Shown: positions 20,289-31,035, counted from the stretch's first letter. The stretch is 64,000 nt of DNA from Candidatus Kerfeldbacteria bacterium (GCA_047946875.1 CP181398.1:463818-527817); one strand, 5' to 3'. A program made the numbers and translations. The notes: generated by a model not told the origin, from the letters alone.

Positions 20289-21767
20289 ATGAGTAGACTA
20301 GAAGAAGAATATTCGACAAGAAAAGAAAAATTAAACAAGCTAAAAAGTACTGATACTAATCCTTTTCCTGCAAAAGTTGAAAGAACTCACACAGTTAATA
20401 ATGCTTTAATGAATTTTGACCAGCTAGCAAAAAAAGATGCTACTATTTTTTTAGTTGGTAGATTAAAAAGTATTAGGTTACATGGAGGTTCGTGTTTTGC
20501 AAACATAGATGATGGATCTGATGCAATCCAAATATATATCAAAAAGGATATTGTAGGTGATGATAAATATAATGATTTCAAAGACTTATTTGACATAGGT
20601 GATTTTATTGAAGTAAATGGTAAATTATCACTTACTAAGAGAGGAGAAAAAACATTATTAGTATCTTCCTTCAGAATACTAACTAAATCATTACTACCTT
20701 TACCAGAAAAATGGCATGGTTTGTCTGATATAGAAATAAGATATAGAAAAAGATACCTTGATTTGATTTCTAATCCCGAAGTCAAAGATATATTTAAAAA
20801 ACGATTTGAAATAATTAAAACAATACGTGAATTTTTAGACGATGACGGTTTTATAGAGGTTGAAACACCGATTTTACAAGCAATACCTGGAGGCGCTAAT
20901 GCCAGACCTTTTTCTACTCACCACAACGCTTTAGATACAAATTTTTTTCTTAGAATTGCACCAGAATTATATCTCAAACGATTGATTATTGGTGGAATGG
21001 AAAAAGTGTATGAAATTTCTCGATGTTTTAGAAATGAAGGTATTGATAAAAATCATAATCCAGAATTTACACAAGTAGAGTTTTATGCTGCTTATTGGGA
21101 TTATGAAAAAATGATGAACTTTACAGAACAACTTCTTGAAAAAATAGTCATGAAAGTTCATGGAAAACTAACTTTTGAATTCGAAGGTAAAGAATTAAAT
21201 TTCACTCCACCATTTAATAAAATTTCATTTGCCGATGCATGTGTTAAATATGCAAAAATTGATATCGATAAATTAGATCATGACGGATTATTCAAAGAAG
21301 CAAAGAAATATAAACTTGACGTAGATAAATCTTTTAATAAAGCAAAGATATTAGATGAAATATTTAAGGATTTGGTAAGACCATATTTAATTCAACCAAC
21401 ATTTGTTACTGATCATCCATTAGAGTTATCACCATTAGCAAAGAAAAAAGAAGGTAATAAAAATTACGTTGAAAGATTTCAGATAGTTGTAGGTGGTTCC
21501 GTAGAATTGTGTAATGCCTTTTCCGAATTAAATGATCCAATTGATCAGGCAGAAAGATTTGATAATCAGGAAAAAATGCGTTCAGGTGGAGATGATGAAG
21601 CGCAAAGAATCGATAAGGATTTTATTGAAGCCTTAGAACATGGAATGCCTCCAACATCAGGGATCGGCATAGGTATTGATAGACTGACAGCCTTGTTAAT
21701 TGATTCGCATAACTTAAAAGAGGTTATATTATTCCCAACACTTAAACCAAAAAAAGAAAATGAATAA
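20289..21767 (+). CDS. lysS: Lysine--tRNA ligase (class II)
   Basis: PLPEKWHGL, LRIAPELYLKRL, FRNEG..HNPEF, GIGIDRL. Confidence 0.97.
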   Translation: MSRLEEEYSTRKEKLNKLKSTDTNPFPAKVERTHTVNNALMNFDQLAKKDATIFLVGRLKSIRLHGGSCFANIDDGSDAIQIYIKKDIVGDDKYNDFKDLFDIGDFIEVNGKLSLTKRGEKTLLVSSFRILTKSLLPLPEKWHGLSDIEIRYRKRYLDLISNPEVKDIFKKRFEIIKTIREFLDDDGFIEVETPILQAIPGGANARPFSTHHNALDTNFFLRIAPELYLKRLIIGGMEKVYEISRCFRNEGIDKNHNPEFTQVEFYAAYWDYEKMMNFTEQLLEKIVMKVHGKLTFEFEGKELNFTPPFNKISFADACVKYAKIDIDKLDHDGLFKEAKKYKLDVDKSFNKAKILDEIFKDLVRPYLIQPTFVTDHPLELSPLAKKKEGNKNYVERFQIVVGGSVELCNAFSELNDPIDQAERFDNQEKMRSGGDDEAQRIDKDFIEALEHGMPPTSGIGIGIDRLTALLIDSHNLKEVILFPTLKPKKENE

Positions 21768-22320
21768 CATTAATAGAGTTGATGCAATCCAGTTATTAAA
21801 TAAATATGTAAAGAATGAAAATCTAAAGAAACATATGTTTGCAGTTGAATCAGCTATGAGATGCTATGCAAAACATTTTAATGAGGATGAAGATTGGTGG
21901 GGATTGGTTGGCTTATTACATGATTTTGATTACGAAAAATATCCTGATATAAAAGATCATCCAACAAAAGGTGCAGAAATATTAAGAGAAAAAGGTTATC
22001 CAGAAGACTTTATAAAAACTATTGTAGCTCATGCTCCACATACAGGTGAACCAAGAGATACATTGGTAAAAAAGACCATATTTGCAGTAGATGAATTATG
22101 CGGTTTAATAGTTGCTGTGGCATTAGTACGTCCAAACAAAAAAATATCTGAGGTAAAAGTAAAATCAGTTAAAAAGAAAATGAAAGACAAGGCTTTTGCT
22201 AGACAGGTAAATAGAGAGGAGATAATACAGGGTGCAGAAGAATTAAACAAAACAATAGATGAACATATTGAAATAGTATTAAATTCTCTAATTGTAATAG
22301 ATACAGAATTAGGTTTATAA
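21760..22320 (+). CDS. HD/HDIG-domain phosphohydrolase
   Basis: GLLHDFDYE, AVDELCG. Confidence 0.85.
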   Translation: MNNINRVDAIQLLNKYVKNENLKKHMFAVESAMRCYAKHFNEDEDWWGLVGLLHDFDYEKYPDIKDHPTKGAEILREKGYPEDFIKTIVAHAPHTGEPRDTLVKKTIFAVDELCGLIVAVALVRPNKKISEVKVKSVKKKMKDKAFARQVNREEIIQGAEELNKTIDEHIEIVLNSLIVIDTELGL

Positions 22321-22336
22321 TTATTTAAGAAAATAT

Positions 22337-22801
22337 ATGGAAAACATTGATGTCATAATTAGAATAGTTGTTTCAATTGTCTTGTGTGGACTGATTGGAG
22401 CAGAAAGAAAAATATACCATAAACCTGCTGGTTTTCGTACAAATGTTTTAGTTGGGTTAGGTTCAACTTTGTTAATGATTTTAGGTATTAATATTTTTAC
22501 AGAATTTAATGATGGTAATACAGTTGATCTTACCAGATTAGCAGGACAAATAGTCACTGGCATTGGTTTTTTAGGTGCTGGTGCAATTATACAGAGTCGT
22601 GGTTCTGTTCATGGTCTAACAACAGCAGCAACTATTTGGGTTGTAGCAGCCATTGGTATGGCTGTAGGACTTGGTTTTTATTTTGAAGCAGTAGCTGTAA
22701 CTATTTCAACATTAATTGTATTAGTAATTCTTGGTAGATTTGAACATAAAATAGAAGAGGTAGTAAAACACAGTTCTGACAATAAAGATAAACTAATTTA
22801 A
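22337..22801 (+). CDS. MgtC/SapB family membrane protein
   Basis: IGAER...PAGFRT, GIGFLGAGAI, GLTTAATIW. Confidence 0.9.
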   Translation: MENIDVIIRIVVSIVLCGLIGAERKIYHKPAGFRTNVLVGLGSTLLMILGINIFTEFNDGNTVDLTRLAGQIVTGIGFLGAGAIIQSRGSVHGLTTAATIWVVAAIGMAVGLGFYFEAVAVTISTLIVLVILGRFEHKIEEVVKHSSDNKDKLI

Positions 22802-22805
22802 AAAA

Positions 22806-24053
22806 ATGCTTGATATTAAATTAATTAGGGAAAATTCAGATAGTTTAGCTAAGTCTTTGGCAAAAAGAGGTGTTAAGATTAATTTTGATAATATAATAAA
22901 ACTAGATAACGAAAGAAAAGAAATTATTTTAAAAGTTGAGAAATTTAAAGAAGAACGCAATAAATATTCTAAGACCAAACCAGATACTGAAATTATAAAT
23001 AAAATGAAAAGTGTTGGTGCTAGTATTAAAGAATTGGATTTACAGTTATCTAAAACAAAAAAATTATTAAAAGATGAAATTTCAAGCATACCAAATATTC
23101 CTGCTGATGATGTGGTTGCTGGTGGTAAAGAGAATAATAAAGTATTAAAGACTTTTGGTAAAGCAAAAGACAGTGTTATTGCAAAAGACCATGTAGATAT
23201 CGGAGTTAAACTTGGGATAGTAGATTATAAAAAATCTGCCCAGATGTCCGGTAATGGTTTTTGGACATATGTAGGAGATGGGGCCTTGTTAGAATGGGCC
23301 TTGTTAAATTATTTCATTGATTTTCATCGTAGTCATTCGGAATATAAATTTATGATTCCACCTTACATGCTAAATGAAAATTCAGCATTTATATCGGGAC
23401 ATTTACCAAAATTTAAAGAGGATTTATTTTGGGTTGAAAAAGATAAATTATGTCTTAATGCCACTTCTGAAATGATGCTAGGTAATTATCATGCAAATGA
23501 AATACTAAATATTAAAGATCTCCCATTAAAATACTATGCATTTTCAACTTGTTTTCGAAGAGAGTCTGGTGCATACCGTAAAGAGGAAAGAGGAATGATA
23601 CGTGGTCATCAATTTAATAAAATTGAAATGTTTCATTTTATAAAACCAGAGGATTCGTGGACCGGGTTTGATGAATTATTAAAATATGCCGAAGAATTAG
23701 TAAATGGTTTAGATTTAGCATTTCAAACGGTTCAGTTAGCAGCTGGAGATTGTAGTGCAGCAATGGCAAAAACTGTTGATATTGAAGTTTGGATACCTTC
23801 TATGAAAACTTATAAAGAAGTATCTAGTGTCTCTAACGCACTTGATTATCAGGCAAGGCGCGGAAATATACGTTACAAAGACAAAGAAGGTAAGAATCAG
23901 TTCATTCATACTTTAAATGCTTCTGGTCTTGCTACAAGCCGTATTTTTCCTGCTATTCTAGAACAAAACTTACAGAAAGATGGATCAGTAAAAATACCTA
24001 AAGTTTTACAAAAATATATGGGCGGTGTAATCGAAATTAAACCTAAAAAATAG
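22806..24053 (+). CDS. serS: Serine--tRNA ligase
   Basis: MLDIKLIREN, CFRRESG, RGHQFNKIE, HTLNASGLA. Confidence 0.95.
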   Translation: MLDIKLIRENSDSLAKSLAKRGVKINFDNIIKLDNERKEIILKVEKFKEERNKYSKTKPDTEIINKMKSVGASIKELDLQLSKTKKLLKDEISSIPNIPADDVVAGGKENNKVLKTFGKAKDSVIAKDHVDIGVKLGIVDYKKSAQMSGNGFWTYVGDGALLEWALLNYFIDFHRSHSEYKFMIPPYMLNENSAFISGHLPKFKEDLFWVEKDKLCLNATSEMMLGNYHANEILNIKDLPLKYYAFSTCFRRESGAYRKEERGMIRGHQFNKIEMFHFIKPEDSWTGFDELLKYAEELVNGLDLAFQTVQLAAGDCSAAMAKTVDIEVWIPSMKTYKEVSSVSNALDYQARRGNIRYKDKEGKNQFIHTLNASGLATSRIFPAILEQNLQKDGSVKIPKVLQKYMGGVIEIKPKK

Positions 24054-24055
24054 GT

Positions 24056-25201
24056 ATGCAAAATAATAATCATGTTAGCTGGCTAGAGATATCAAGCCAA
24101 GCTATTAAACATAATTTGAATCAAGTAAGAAAAGTAATAGATAAGAAAACTATAGTAATGCCGATAATCAAGGCCAATGCCTATGGGCATGGTTTTTTTG
24201 AAGTGGTAAGTATACTAAAGAAACTAAAGATTAAATGGTTAGGTGTTGCTAGTCTTGAAGAAGCATTAGAATTAAGAAGGCTAAATTATAAAGGACGAGT
24301 ATTAGTACTTAGTTTTTATAATCCTAATTTATTAGAAGATGCCATTGAAAATAAAATAACCCTGACAGTATATGGATATGGAGCAGCAAAACAACTAAAT
24401 AAATTATCTAAGAAATTAAAGATTAAAACATCTATACATTTTAAAATAGATACTGGGACATCAAGACTAGGATTATCTCCAGATAAAGCTATTACAGAGA
24501 TCTTAAATATTAAAAGTCTTAGTAATTTGAAATTAGAAGGTATATTTTCCCACTTAGCTGATGCTGAGAATACAAATCAAATTTTCTCGAGAAAGCAAAA
24601 CCTAGCATTTGATTATGTTGCAAAAGAGTTACAAAGAAAAGGAGTAGAAATACCTCTTAAGCACCTTGCTTGTTCAGCTTCTACTTTTCTCAATAAATCT
24701 ACTCACAAAGATATGATTCGATATGGTATTTCACTTTACGGTCTTTGGTCTATTGAAGAGAAAAAGTTTAGACAGAGATATATAAATAAGAATATTACTC
24801 TAAAACCAGTCTTATCTTGGTATACTAGAGTACTTCAAGTAAAGGAAATAAAAAAGAATTCTAACATTGGCTATGGTCAGAGTTATAAAACTAAGAAAAA
24901 AACTAAAATAGCTATAATACCTGTTGGTTATTATGATGGTTATGATAGAAAACTATCCAATAATGCCCAAGTTCTAATTAATGGTAAAAGATGTAGCGTT
25001 ATTGGGCGAGTATGTATGAATCTTACAATAATTGATGTTTCAAAAATACCTTCCATTAAACCAGGTGATATTGTAATATTAATTGGAAAGAATAAAGGAG
25101 AATATATATCAGTGGATGATCTTGCAAAAAGGATTGGAACTATTAACTATGAAGTAACAACTAGGATAAATAATAATATTCCTAGATTAATAATTAACTA
25201 A
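24056..25201 (+). CDS. alr: Alanine racemase
   Basis: IKANAYGHG (PLP Lys), KIDTGTSRLG, GYYDGY, GRVCMN. Confidence 0.95.
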   Translation: MQNNNHVSWLEISSQAIKHNLNQVRKVIDKKTIVMPIIKANAYGHGFFEVVSILKKLKIKWLGVASLEEALELRRLNYKGRVLVLSFYNPNLLEDAIENKITLTVYGYGAAKQLNKLSKKLKIKTSIHFKIDTGTSRLGLSPDKAITEILNIKSLSNLKLEGIFSHLADAENTNQIFSRKQNLAFDYVAKELQRKGVEIPLKHLACSASTFLNKSTHKDMIRYGISLYGLWSIEEKKFRQRYINKNITLKPVLSWYTRVLQVKEIKKNSNIGYGQSYKTKKKTKIAIIPVGYYDGYDRKLSNNAQVLINGKRCSVIGRVCMNLTIIDVSKIPSIKPGDIVILIGKNKGEYISVDDLAKRIGTINYEVTTRINNNIPRLIIN

Positions 25202-25207
25202 AAATAT

Positions 25208-25405
25208 ATGAGTGATTATAGCAAAGGAGATGTAGTAGATGAAGCAGGGAAATATGTATGTGTACCTTGTGGATTTCACCATGAGTATAAAATAGGGGAC
25301 GTTTTTGGGGAATGCACCTCTTGTTTAGCTGGTTCTAAGGATGGTCATGAAGATTATGTAGAGGGGACTGGTATTTGGGAAAAAGAGACTTCTAAACAAA
25401 CCTAA
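25208..25405 (+). CDS. Small zinc-ribbon protein
   Basis: G..V.EAGKYVCVPCG ... ECTSC; two CxxC motifs. Confidence 0.7.
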   Translation: MSDYSKGDVVDEAGKYVCVPCGFHHEYKIGDVFGECTSCLAGSKDGHEDYVEGTGIWEKETSKQT

Positions 25406-25476
25406 GAGTAATTATTTAAACAAGATAGTTTAGTATTTTGCGACACCTTATTACTTATTAATCTTATTATACCCAA

Positions 25477-26331
25477 ATGCGTTGGAATTTTCGAAATAAA
25501 AAAATTGAAGAGAATTCAGAATCTGAAAAAAAACCATCCTTTAAAAATCCATTATTTATTAAATCAGATACTTGGAAGGATTTTATTATAGAGAATAAAG
25601 AGCTTATTGGATTAATGTTGTTATTGATTATCAGTATAATCATATATTTAATATTATATTCTTCTATATTCAAAATAAACAAAGTGGAATTAATCGGTTT
25701 TGATAAAATTTCTGCAAAGACAATTTCCAAAGAATATATAGGAACTCAGCTTAATAATTATAGACTATTGTTATTTAGACAAGATAATATTTTACTTTTT
25801 AACAAAGAAGATTTTGTTAGAAATATAAACAACAATTATAGTTTAGAAAGCATAAATATTGATAAAAAATTTCCTCATACTTTAATCATTACCATTCAAG
25901 AAAAAAGTCCTTTTCTAATATATAGTACGAATAATTCTAAATTTTATTTAGACGAAAATGGAATAATATCATCAAAAATAACTGACGATACAGATAACGA
26001 TAAAATAACTATAATAACAAATGATGCCAATGAGGAAGCATCTGCAAACGAAACTATATTTTCTAACGATAAAATTGTATTTATACTAAATGTAGTTGAA
26101 AAATTACCAAAAATCGATAGCATTAATGTAACTTCATATTCAATACCTAACAAAATTAGTTACCAACTTAATGTAAATGTAGAACAAGGATACTCAATAT
26201 ATTTTGATATGAATAAAGATATAAACGAACAAACAAATAAACTTCGTAGAATATTAGATGAATCAGAATCTGGTGACGCACCAACTGAATATATTGATCT
26301 AAGAATAGGTGAAAGAGTATATATAAAATAA
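25477..26331 (+). CDS. ftsQ: Cell division protein FtsQ/DivIB-like
   Basis: Single TM, POTRA-like KKFPHTLIITIQE, C-terminal EYIDLR. Confidence 0.75.
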   Translation: MRWNFRNKKIEENSESEKKPSFKNPLFIKSDTWKDFIIENKELIGLMLLLIISIIIYLILYSSIFKINKVELIGFDKISAKTISKEYIGTQLNNYRLLLFRQDNILLFNKEDFVRNINNNYSLESINIDKKFPHTLIITIQEKSPFLIYSTNNSKFYLDENGIISSKITDDTDNDKITIITNDANEEASANETIFSNDKIVFILNVVEKLPKIDSINVTSYSIPNKISYQLNVNVEQGYSIYFDMNKDINEQTNKLRRILDESESGDAPTEYIDLRIGERVYIK

Positions 26332-26348
26332 ATTTAATTGCATAAAAA

Positions 26349-26786
26349 ATGATCCTTTTATCTCATGTTGTAACTGGGGCAGTTATTGGAGAAAAACTAA
26401 ACAACCCCTTTTTAATTTCTGCTATTGGACTTGCTTCGCATTATATTCTTGATAGAGTCTTACATTGGAACTATAAAGTACCAGGTAGTTTTAGTACATG
26501 GAAATTCATGCGAATTCTTCCAGATATAATTCCCAGTATACTGGTTTATTTATTTTTTATTTTTTCATATCCAGAAAAATGGTTTGAAATTAGTTTAGGA
26601 GTTGCCTTTGCAATCATGCCAGATTTTGCAACTTTATTTTCATATATTCCTTATATAAAAAAATTGTATAAACCTTTACATAAATTACACAAGAAAATAC
26701 AGTCTGAAACAACAAATGTTTTTTTAGGTCTTACAACACAAATACTATACATTGCTTTTTTATTATTAATATTTAAATATTTTTAA
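26349..26786 (+). CDS. Membrane-bound metal-dependent hydrolase-like protein
   Basis: SH..G, ASHYILD..H, PD motifs; hydrophobic. Confidence 0.55.
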   Translation: MILLSHVVTGAVIGEKLNNPFLISAIGLASHYILDRVLHWNYKVPGSFSTWKFMRILPDIIPSILVYLFFIFSYPEKWFEISLGVAFAIMPDFATLFSYIPYIKKLYKPLHKLHKKIQSETTNVFLGLTTQILYIAFLLLIFKYF

Positions 26787-26789
26787 AAT

Positions 26790-27455
26790 ATGCCAACAAC
26801 TAAAAAAAAGATCTGGTTGTCTGCTACAGGCCTAGGTGCACTTAAAAGATGCCCCAGGTGTTTTTGGATTCAATATCATCATAAATTACGACAACCAGAG
26901 GGAATAGTTTCTCGTCTAGCAAATAGATTTGATGGGGTAATTAAAAGTTATTTTGATATATATCGTCCATTAGGAGAGCTTCCACCTATGATAGAAGGGG
27001 AAGTAGATGGTAAATTACAACATCCATTTCAAGAGGTGTATTTTTATCATCATGACAAAGATTATGGTATGATGGGCAAATTGGATGAATGTTTAGTAAG
27101 AGATGATGGAAAATACACTCCTGTCGATCATAAAACATCAAGTTCTGACCCAAACACAAGAACAATGATACCTGCATATCAAACACAACTTGACGTCTAT
27201 GCATTTTTACTTGAACAAAACCAAAGACCTTCAAGTGGCATTGGACATCTAATATATTTCTATCCAACAGAAGGCAAAGAACTTCACACAGGATTCCCAA
27301 TGCAAGTTACAATAAAAACTTTAAAAACATATACTGAAAATGCTAAAAAAGAATTTATTAAAGCAATTACAATTTTAGATAATCCAATGCCAAAACCATC
27401 TACCAAGTGCGCATTCTGTACATGGCACGAAGAAATAGGTAAGTATATAAAATAA
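26790..27455 (+). CDS. PD-(D/E)xK nuclease, Cas4/AddB-like (stand-alone)
   Basis: CPRCFW, GKLDE, VDHKT, QLDVY, C-terminal CAFC. Confidence 0.8.
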   Translation: MPTTKKKIWLSATGLGALKRCPRCFWIQYHHKLRQPEGIVSRLANRFDGVIKSYFDIYRPLGELPPMIEGEVDGKLQHPFQEVYFYHHDKDYGMMGKLDECLVRDDGKYTPVDHKTSSSDPNTRTMIPAYQTQLDVYAFLLEQNQRPSSGIGHLIYFYPTEGKELHTGFPMQVTIKTLKTYTENAKKEFIKAITILDNPMPKPSTKCAFCTWHEEIGKYIK

Positions 27456-27485
27456 TAATTGATTAATATATAAATTAATCTAAAC

Positions 27486-27516
27486 AAAAAGACCCTCTAA
27501 AAATAGAGGGTCTTTT
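27486..27516. terminator. Bidirectional intrinsic terminator
   Basis: AAAAA-GACCCTCTA-aaaa-TAGAGGGTC-TTTT between convergent genes. Confidence 0.85.
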
Positions 27517-27527
27517 CTCAATAAGCT

Positions 27528-27809
27528 TTATAAAACTACTTCTTTAGCAGCTTTTGCTACTCTAAACTTAACTACAGTCTTAGCTGCAATTTGGATAGTT
27601 TCGCCAGTAGCTGGGTTTCTTCCCATTCTTGCATTACGATGTTTCTTTACTAATTTACCAATTCCTGGGAATGTGAATTCACCATTGGTTTTAACTTCGT
27701 TGTATGCTGTCTCAGTAATTAACTCCATGAAAGCAATTACGTCTTTCTTGGGCATTTCTGACTTCTCGGATAGATAAGTCATCAATTGAGACTTGGTCAT
27801 TTTGGCCAT
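27528..27809 (-). CDS. hup: HU family DNA-binding protein
   Basis: MTKSQL, GIGKL, RMGRNPATGETIQI, VKFR. Confidence 0.92.
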   Translation of the reverse strand: MAKMTKSQLMTYLSEKSEMPKKDVIAFMELITETAYNEVKTNGEFTFPGIGKLVKKHRNARMGRNPATGETIQIAAKTVVKFRVAKAAKEVVL

Positions 27810-28019
27810 GTTGTTTTGTCCTTAATTAATTAGCTTATTAAATAACACTTTCTTGATAACATTATAGCAGATAGCTATTTAAAAGACCAGTGTTTATAGG
27901 GGTTTTATGACAGTGGATAAGTTATTAGCTAATGTTAGCTTAAATACGACTATTATTACAAAAAACCTCCTTAAAATATAGGAAAAATAAAAGTCGGGGA
28001 TTAGTCCGACTTTCTAAAA

Positions 28020-28310
28020 TTAATACATGAAACATTCTACTGCAATGCTGATTATTAAAACAGCAAAAGCAATAGTTCTTCTTTTTATCGCTTTTTTATG
28101 ATAACACCAGTACATTGCTTGAGTGGATATGACTTCCTCTTTCATAAACTTAGTAGAAGCAGATTTTATTCGCTTCCAAAAGGAATCAATTTCTGATTCT
28201 TTCTGATCTGGTGCTAATTTAACAATAAATGCATTATATGCAAATTTGTTAAATTTATTCACTCTAAATGAAAGAATGAAGAAAATTATTAAACCGACTA
28301 AAAAGTACAT
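28020..28310 (-). CDS. Small hypothetical membrane protein (own promoter, GGAGG SD, terminator)
   Basis: On - strand: TTGACA-17-TAATCT upstream, GGAGG before ATG, hairpin at 27990-28013. Confidence 0.65.
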   Translation of the reverse strand: MYFLVGLIIFFILSFRVNKFNKFAYNAFIVKLAPDQKESEIDSFWKRIKSASTKFMKEEVISTQAMYWCYHKKAIKRRTIAFAVLIISIAVECFMY

Positions 28311-28442
28311 ACTACCTCCATATTTTGTTTTTTTATTAACAAATTAGATTAGCATTATTAAACTCCCTTGTCAATAATAAATATATTGCCATCATATCAT
28401 AGTTATAATATACTATAATCATTAATAATTAATATTAAAACA

Positions 28443-28694
28443 ATGACAAACAACAATTCACTTAAAGAAGAATTAAAAGTATCAGGCGACCAGCTTGTAG
28501 CTACAGTAAAAAAACTTGTAAAAGAAGCAAACGTCCGAAGACTTATCATAAAAAATGAAAAAGGTGAGCAACTAATTGTCATACCTGTTTCTGCAGCAAC
28601 TGTTGGTGTAATATTATTACCAGTCTTAGCTGCTCTAGGTGCACTCGCTGCTATGGTAACCAATTGCACTATCGAAGTAGAAAAAATTAAATAA
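28443..28694 (+). CDS. DUF4342 domain protein
   Basis: LV..VKKLVKEANVRRLIIK...IPV...G...LPVLAALGALAA...CTIEVEK. Confidence 0.8.
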   Translation: MTNNNSLKEELKVSGDQLVATVKKLVKEANVRRLIIKNEKGEQLIVIPVSAATVGVILLPVLAALGALAAMVTNCTIEVEKIK

Positions 28695-28806
28695 TAACAA
28701 TAACCATAGATTGTAAAAGGGGAATCTGTGATTTTATTATTGACAATATTATAATCCTATAGTAAATTATTCGAATACAAGGATATTTAATTTTTTGGAG
28801 GGGCAC

Positions 28807-28974
28807 ATGTTTAGACTGTATGTCATGCAAATGTTTTTGAGAATGTACTACAGAATACTGTATGCAAATCAAAATACGACATCAAGTTTTCTCCAAGGAA
28901 AGAGAGGAAAAAACACATTACACAAAGGTGGTAGGCCTGATACGAAAGCCAAAGGAAGAAAGAGGAATTATTAA
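28807..28974 (+). CDS. 55-aa basic small protein (not in ORF track)
   Basis: TTGACA-17-TAAATT promoter and GGAGG SD; MFRLYVMQMFLRMYYRILYANQ...KAKGRKRNY*; stop overlaps next ATG (TAATG). Confidence 0.55.
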   Translation: MFRLYVMQMFLRMYYRILYANQNTTSSFLQGKRGKNTLHKGGRPDTKAKGRKRNY

Positions 28975-29255
28975 TGCTAATAAAATTTCTAAAATTCTTT
29001 GTCTGGGCGTTAGTACTATTGTCCATAATAGGAACGATCAATATACTAATTACAGGAAAGGGAATTATCACAGGAGAAGAAAAATCCCTGCTTGATAAGA
29101 TTGTCTGTATTATTCTAGATTTAATTCTAATCGGATTGAGTCTAATCCTATCTATCAAAAGATGGCATGAATACTACTATGACTTTGTTACTGACAAGTG
29201 GTGTGATTTCAAGTGGTTCATTGAAGAAAAATTCAACACCCTACGAAAAGGATAA
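28974..29255 (+). CDS. Small two-TM hypothetical protein
   Basis: Two hydrophobic segments; followed by terminator at 29274-29305. Confidence 0.6.
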   Translation: MLIKFLKFFVWALVLLSIIGTINILITGKGIITGEEKSLLDKIVCIILDLILIGLSLILSIKRWHEYYYDFVTDKWCDFKWFIEEKFNTLRKG

Positions 29256-29380
29256 AAAAAGAATAAAAACTTTGGCGCAGATAAATTTAAATCTGCGTCT
29301 TTTTTATTTATATATATTTGTAACTTCTTACAAAACAGGGTAAGCTAATACAAAATGTTATTTCACAAAAGGAGGTCAAT

Positions 29381-29707
29381 ATGTATATCGAGACTGTTAT
29401 GCAACCAGAAGCTGCAAATATTATATGCAACAGCGAAGTTACTGTAGTTACATATATAGCAAACGATATGTGTACTGGCATTATTAAATCACAAAGTGAT
29501 AAATCAGAACTTTTGCGAATAGATATCAATGGCGGAACGACTGATGAAATGAACCTCGCTATGACCTCAATACTTAAAACTGTTCACTCACATGTGAATA
29601 GTGGTTCATGGGATGGAGGACCAATCGACATCCGTCTCGATACTGAGACTTCGGTTGCCGATGCACTAAGGCAAAATGGAGTCGTTATCATAAAAGACGA
29701 CATGTAA
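29381..29707 (+). CDS. Hypothetical protein (own promoter, SD, terminator)
   Basis: AGGAGG SD; terminator at 29715-29745. Confidence 0.65.
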   Translation: MYIETVMQPEAANIICNSEVTVVTYIANDMCTGIIKSQSDKSELLRIDINGGTTDEMNLAMTSILKTVHSHVNSGSWDGGPIDIRLDTETSVADALRQNGVVIIKDDM

Positions 29708-29853
29708 TATATATAAGTGTAAGGATTAATTCTTTACACTTTTTTATTTGATATTTCAAACTATTACTAAAAAGACAAATTCTTATCTTTGAACTTTCAA
29801 ATACAAACCAATAAAAAAGAGGCGACTCAGGTGAGTGCCTCTTGATAGAAAAA

Positions 29854-30381
29854 CTATTTTCCTACTATAGATGAAAGACCATATACAGCCCAAATTGGCA
29901 GATCACCCTTGAAATGAATCTTTACACTGAGGTTGCTTAACTCTGGCATACGAGCGAACTCTTTGATAACAAAGCCAAGTTTATTAACATAAGCTTCGCC
30001 ATTATCACATTCCCAATGTTGAGAGCCAGACAACTCAATAACTTGACATATATCATCACCGCGATCGGTAATATTACATTCAAACTGAGCGCCGCCCCAT
30101 TTAAAACATAGATCCAGCACCATAGAAAAAAACTTTTTATTTTCTTTTTCTTCTTGAATCAACAACAAGTAAGGTTCTTTGTCTGGGCTGGTCAATATAT
30201 GAACTATTGAATAGCTACAACTATCATATTCAAACTGAACCTCGACCGGTCCCATCATCCAAGCAGGGATACTCAATTCATCATATTCTGCTGAGGTGAC
30301 TGTAATCTCGTCTATAGCAAATACTGTACTTGCCAACAACAAGGTTAAAACAAACGCAAATGCAATTTTCAATGCCTTCAT
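29854..30381 (-). CDS. Secreted hypothetical protein
   Basis: Signal peptide ending VFA, GGAGG SD, TTGACA promoter, terminator at 29813-29843. Confidence 0.7.
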   Translation of the reverse strand: MKALKIAFAFVLTLLLASTVFAIDEITVTSAEYDELSIPAWMMGPVEVQFEYDSCSYSIVHILTSPDKEPYLLLIQEEKENKKFFSMVLDLCFKWGGAQFECNITDRGDDICQVIELSGSQHWECDNGEAYVNKLGFVIKEFARMPELSNLSVKIHFKGDLPIWAVYGLSSIVGK

Positions 30382-30583
30382 GAATTCCTCCTTAACCTTA
30401 AAAACCTTAAGGAAATTTATATTAGTCTTTCGTTATGTAATGTGCATCTATAATTAACTTAACAAGTATTAATAACATATAAAGAGGGTAGTGTCAATGG
30501 TTGAATATATAATTTGACAATATATTGAAGACAGCCTAAGATTTGTATGAATGAGTTGAACTTTCAAAAAATATGGAGGCACG

Positions 30584-30937
30584 ATGACTATAATAAAATT
30601 TCTGATTATGGTTGGAATTTTTTACCTAGTTATGCAATTAGAGGGAATCGCTGATGACTATATTGAGTCATTTAACCTACCAGGATGGGTTAAGTTAATA
30701 CTAGGCTCAGGAGTCCTATATTTCTTTTTTCTGACCGATCATGTTGATGACTTTATCACTAAATATCTAAATCACTTCATTTTAGAAGAAACATGCGTAG
30801 CTCAGAATCAAGTGAATAAATTGATATTATCTTACCAAAAAAAATATGCTTTATTGGCCCTAGATAAAAAATCTAGTTTCAAAAACATTGTAAGATATAA
30901 TCTTCTGGACATGAAGCAAATACTTTCAAAAACATAA
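30584..30937 (+). CDS. Hypothetical membrane protein
   Basis: TTGACA-17-TAAGAT, GGAGG SD, terminator at 30936-30968. Confidence 0.65.
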   Translation: MTIIKFLIMVGIFYLVMQLEGIADDYIESFNLPGWVKLILGSGVLYFFFLTDHVDDFITKYLNHFILEETCVAQNQVNKLILSYQKKYALLALDKKSSFKNIVRYNLLDMKQILSKT

Positions 30938-31035
30938 CAGACTTTTAATAATAGAAGTCTGTTTTTTTATTAAATAAAAAATACACCCATGACTAAATAA
31001 ATATCACAGGTGTAAACTTTTGATCCAAGATCATA

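Noticed and set aside
28862-29095. 77-aa + ORF in the track
   Set aside because: It has no SD and overlaps two better-supported ORFs (28807-28974 and 28974-29255).
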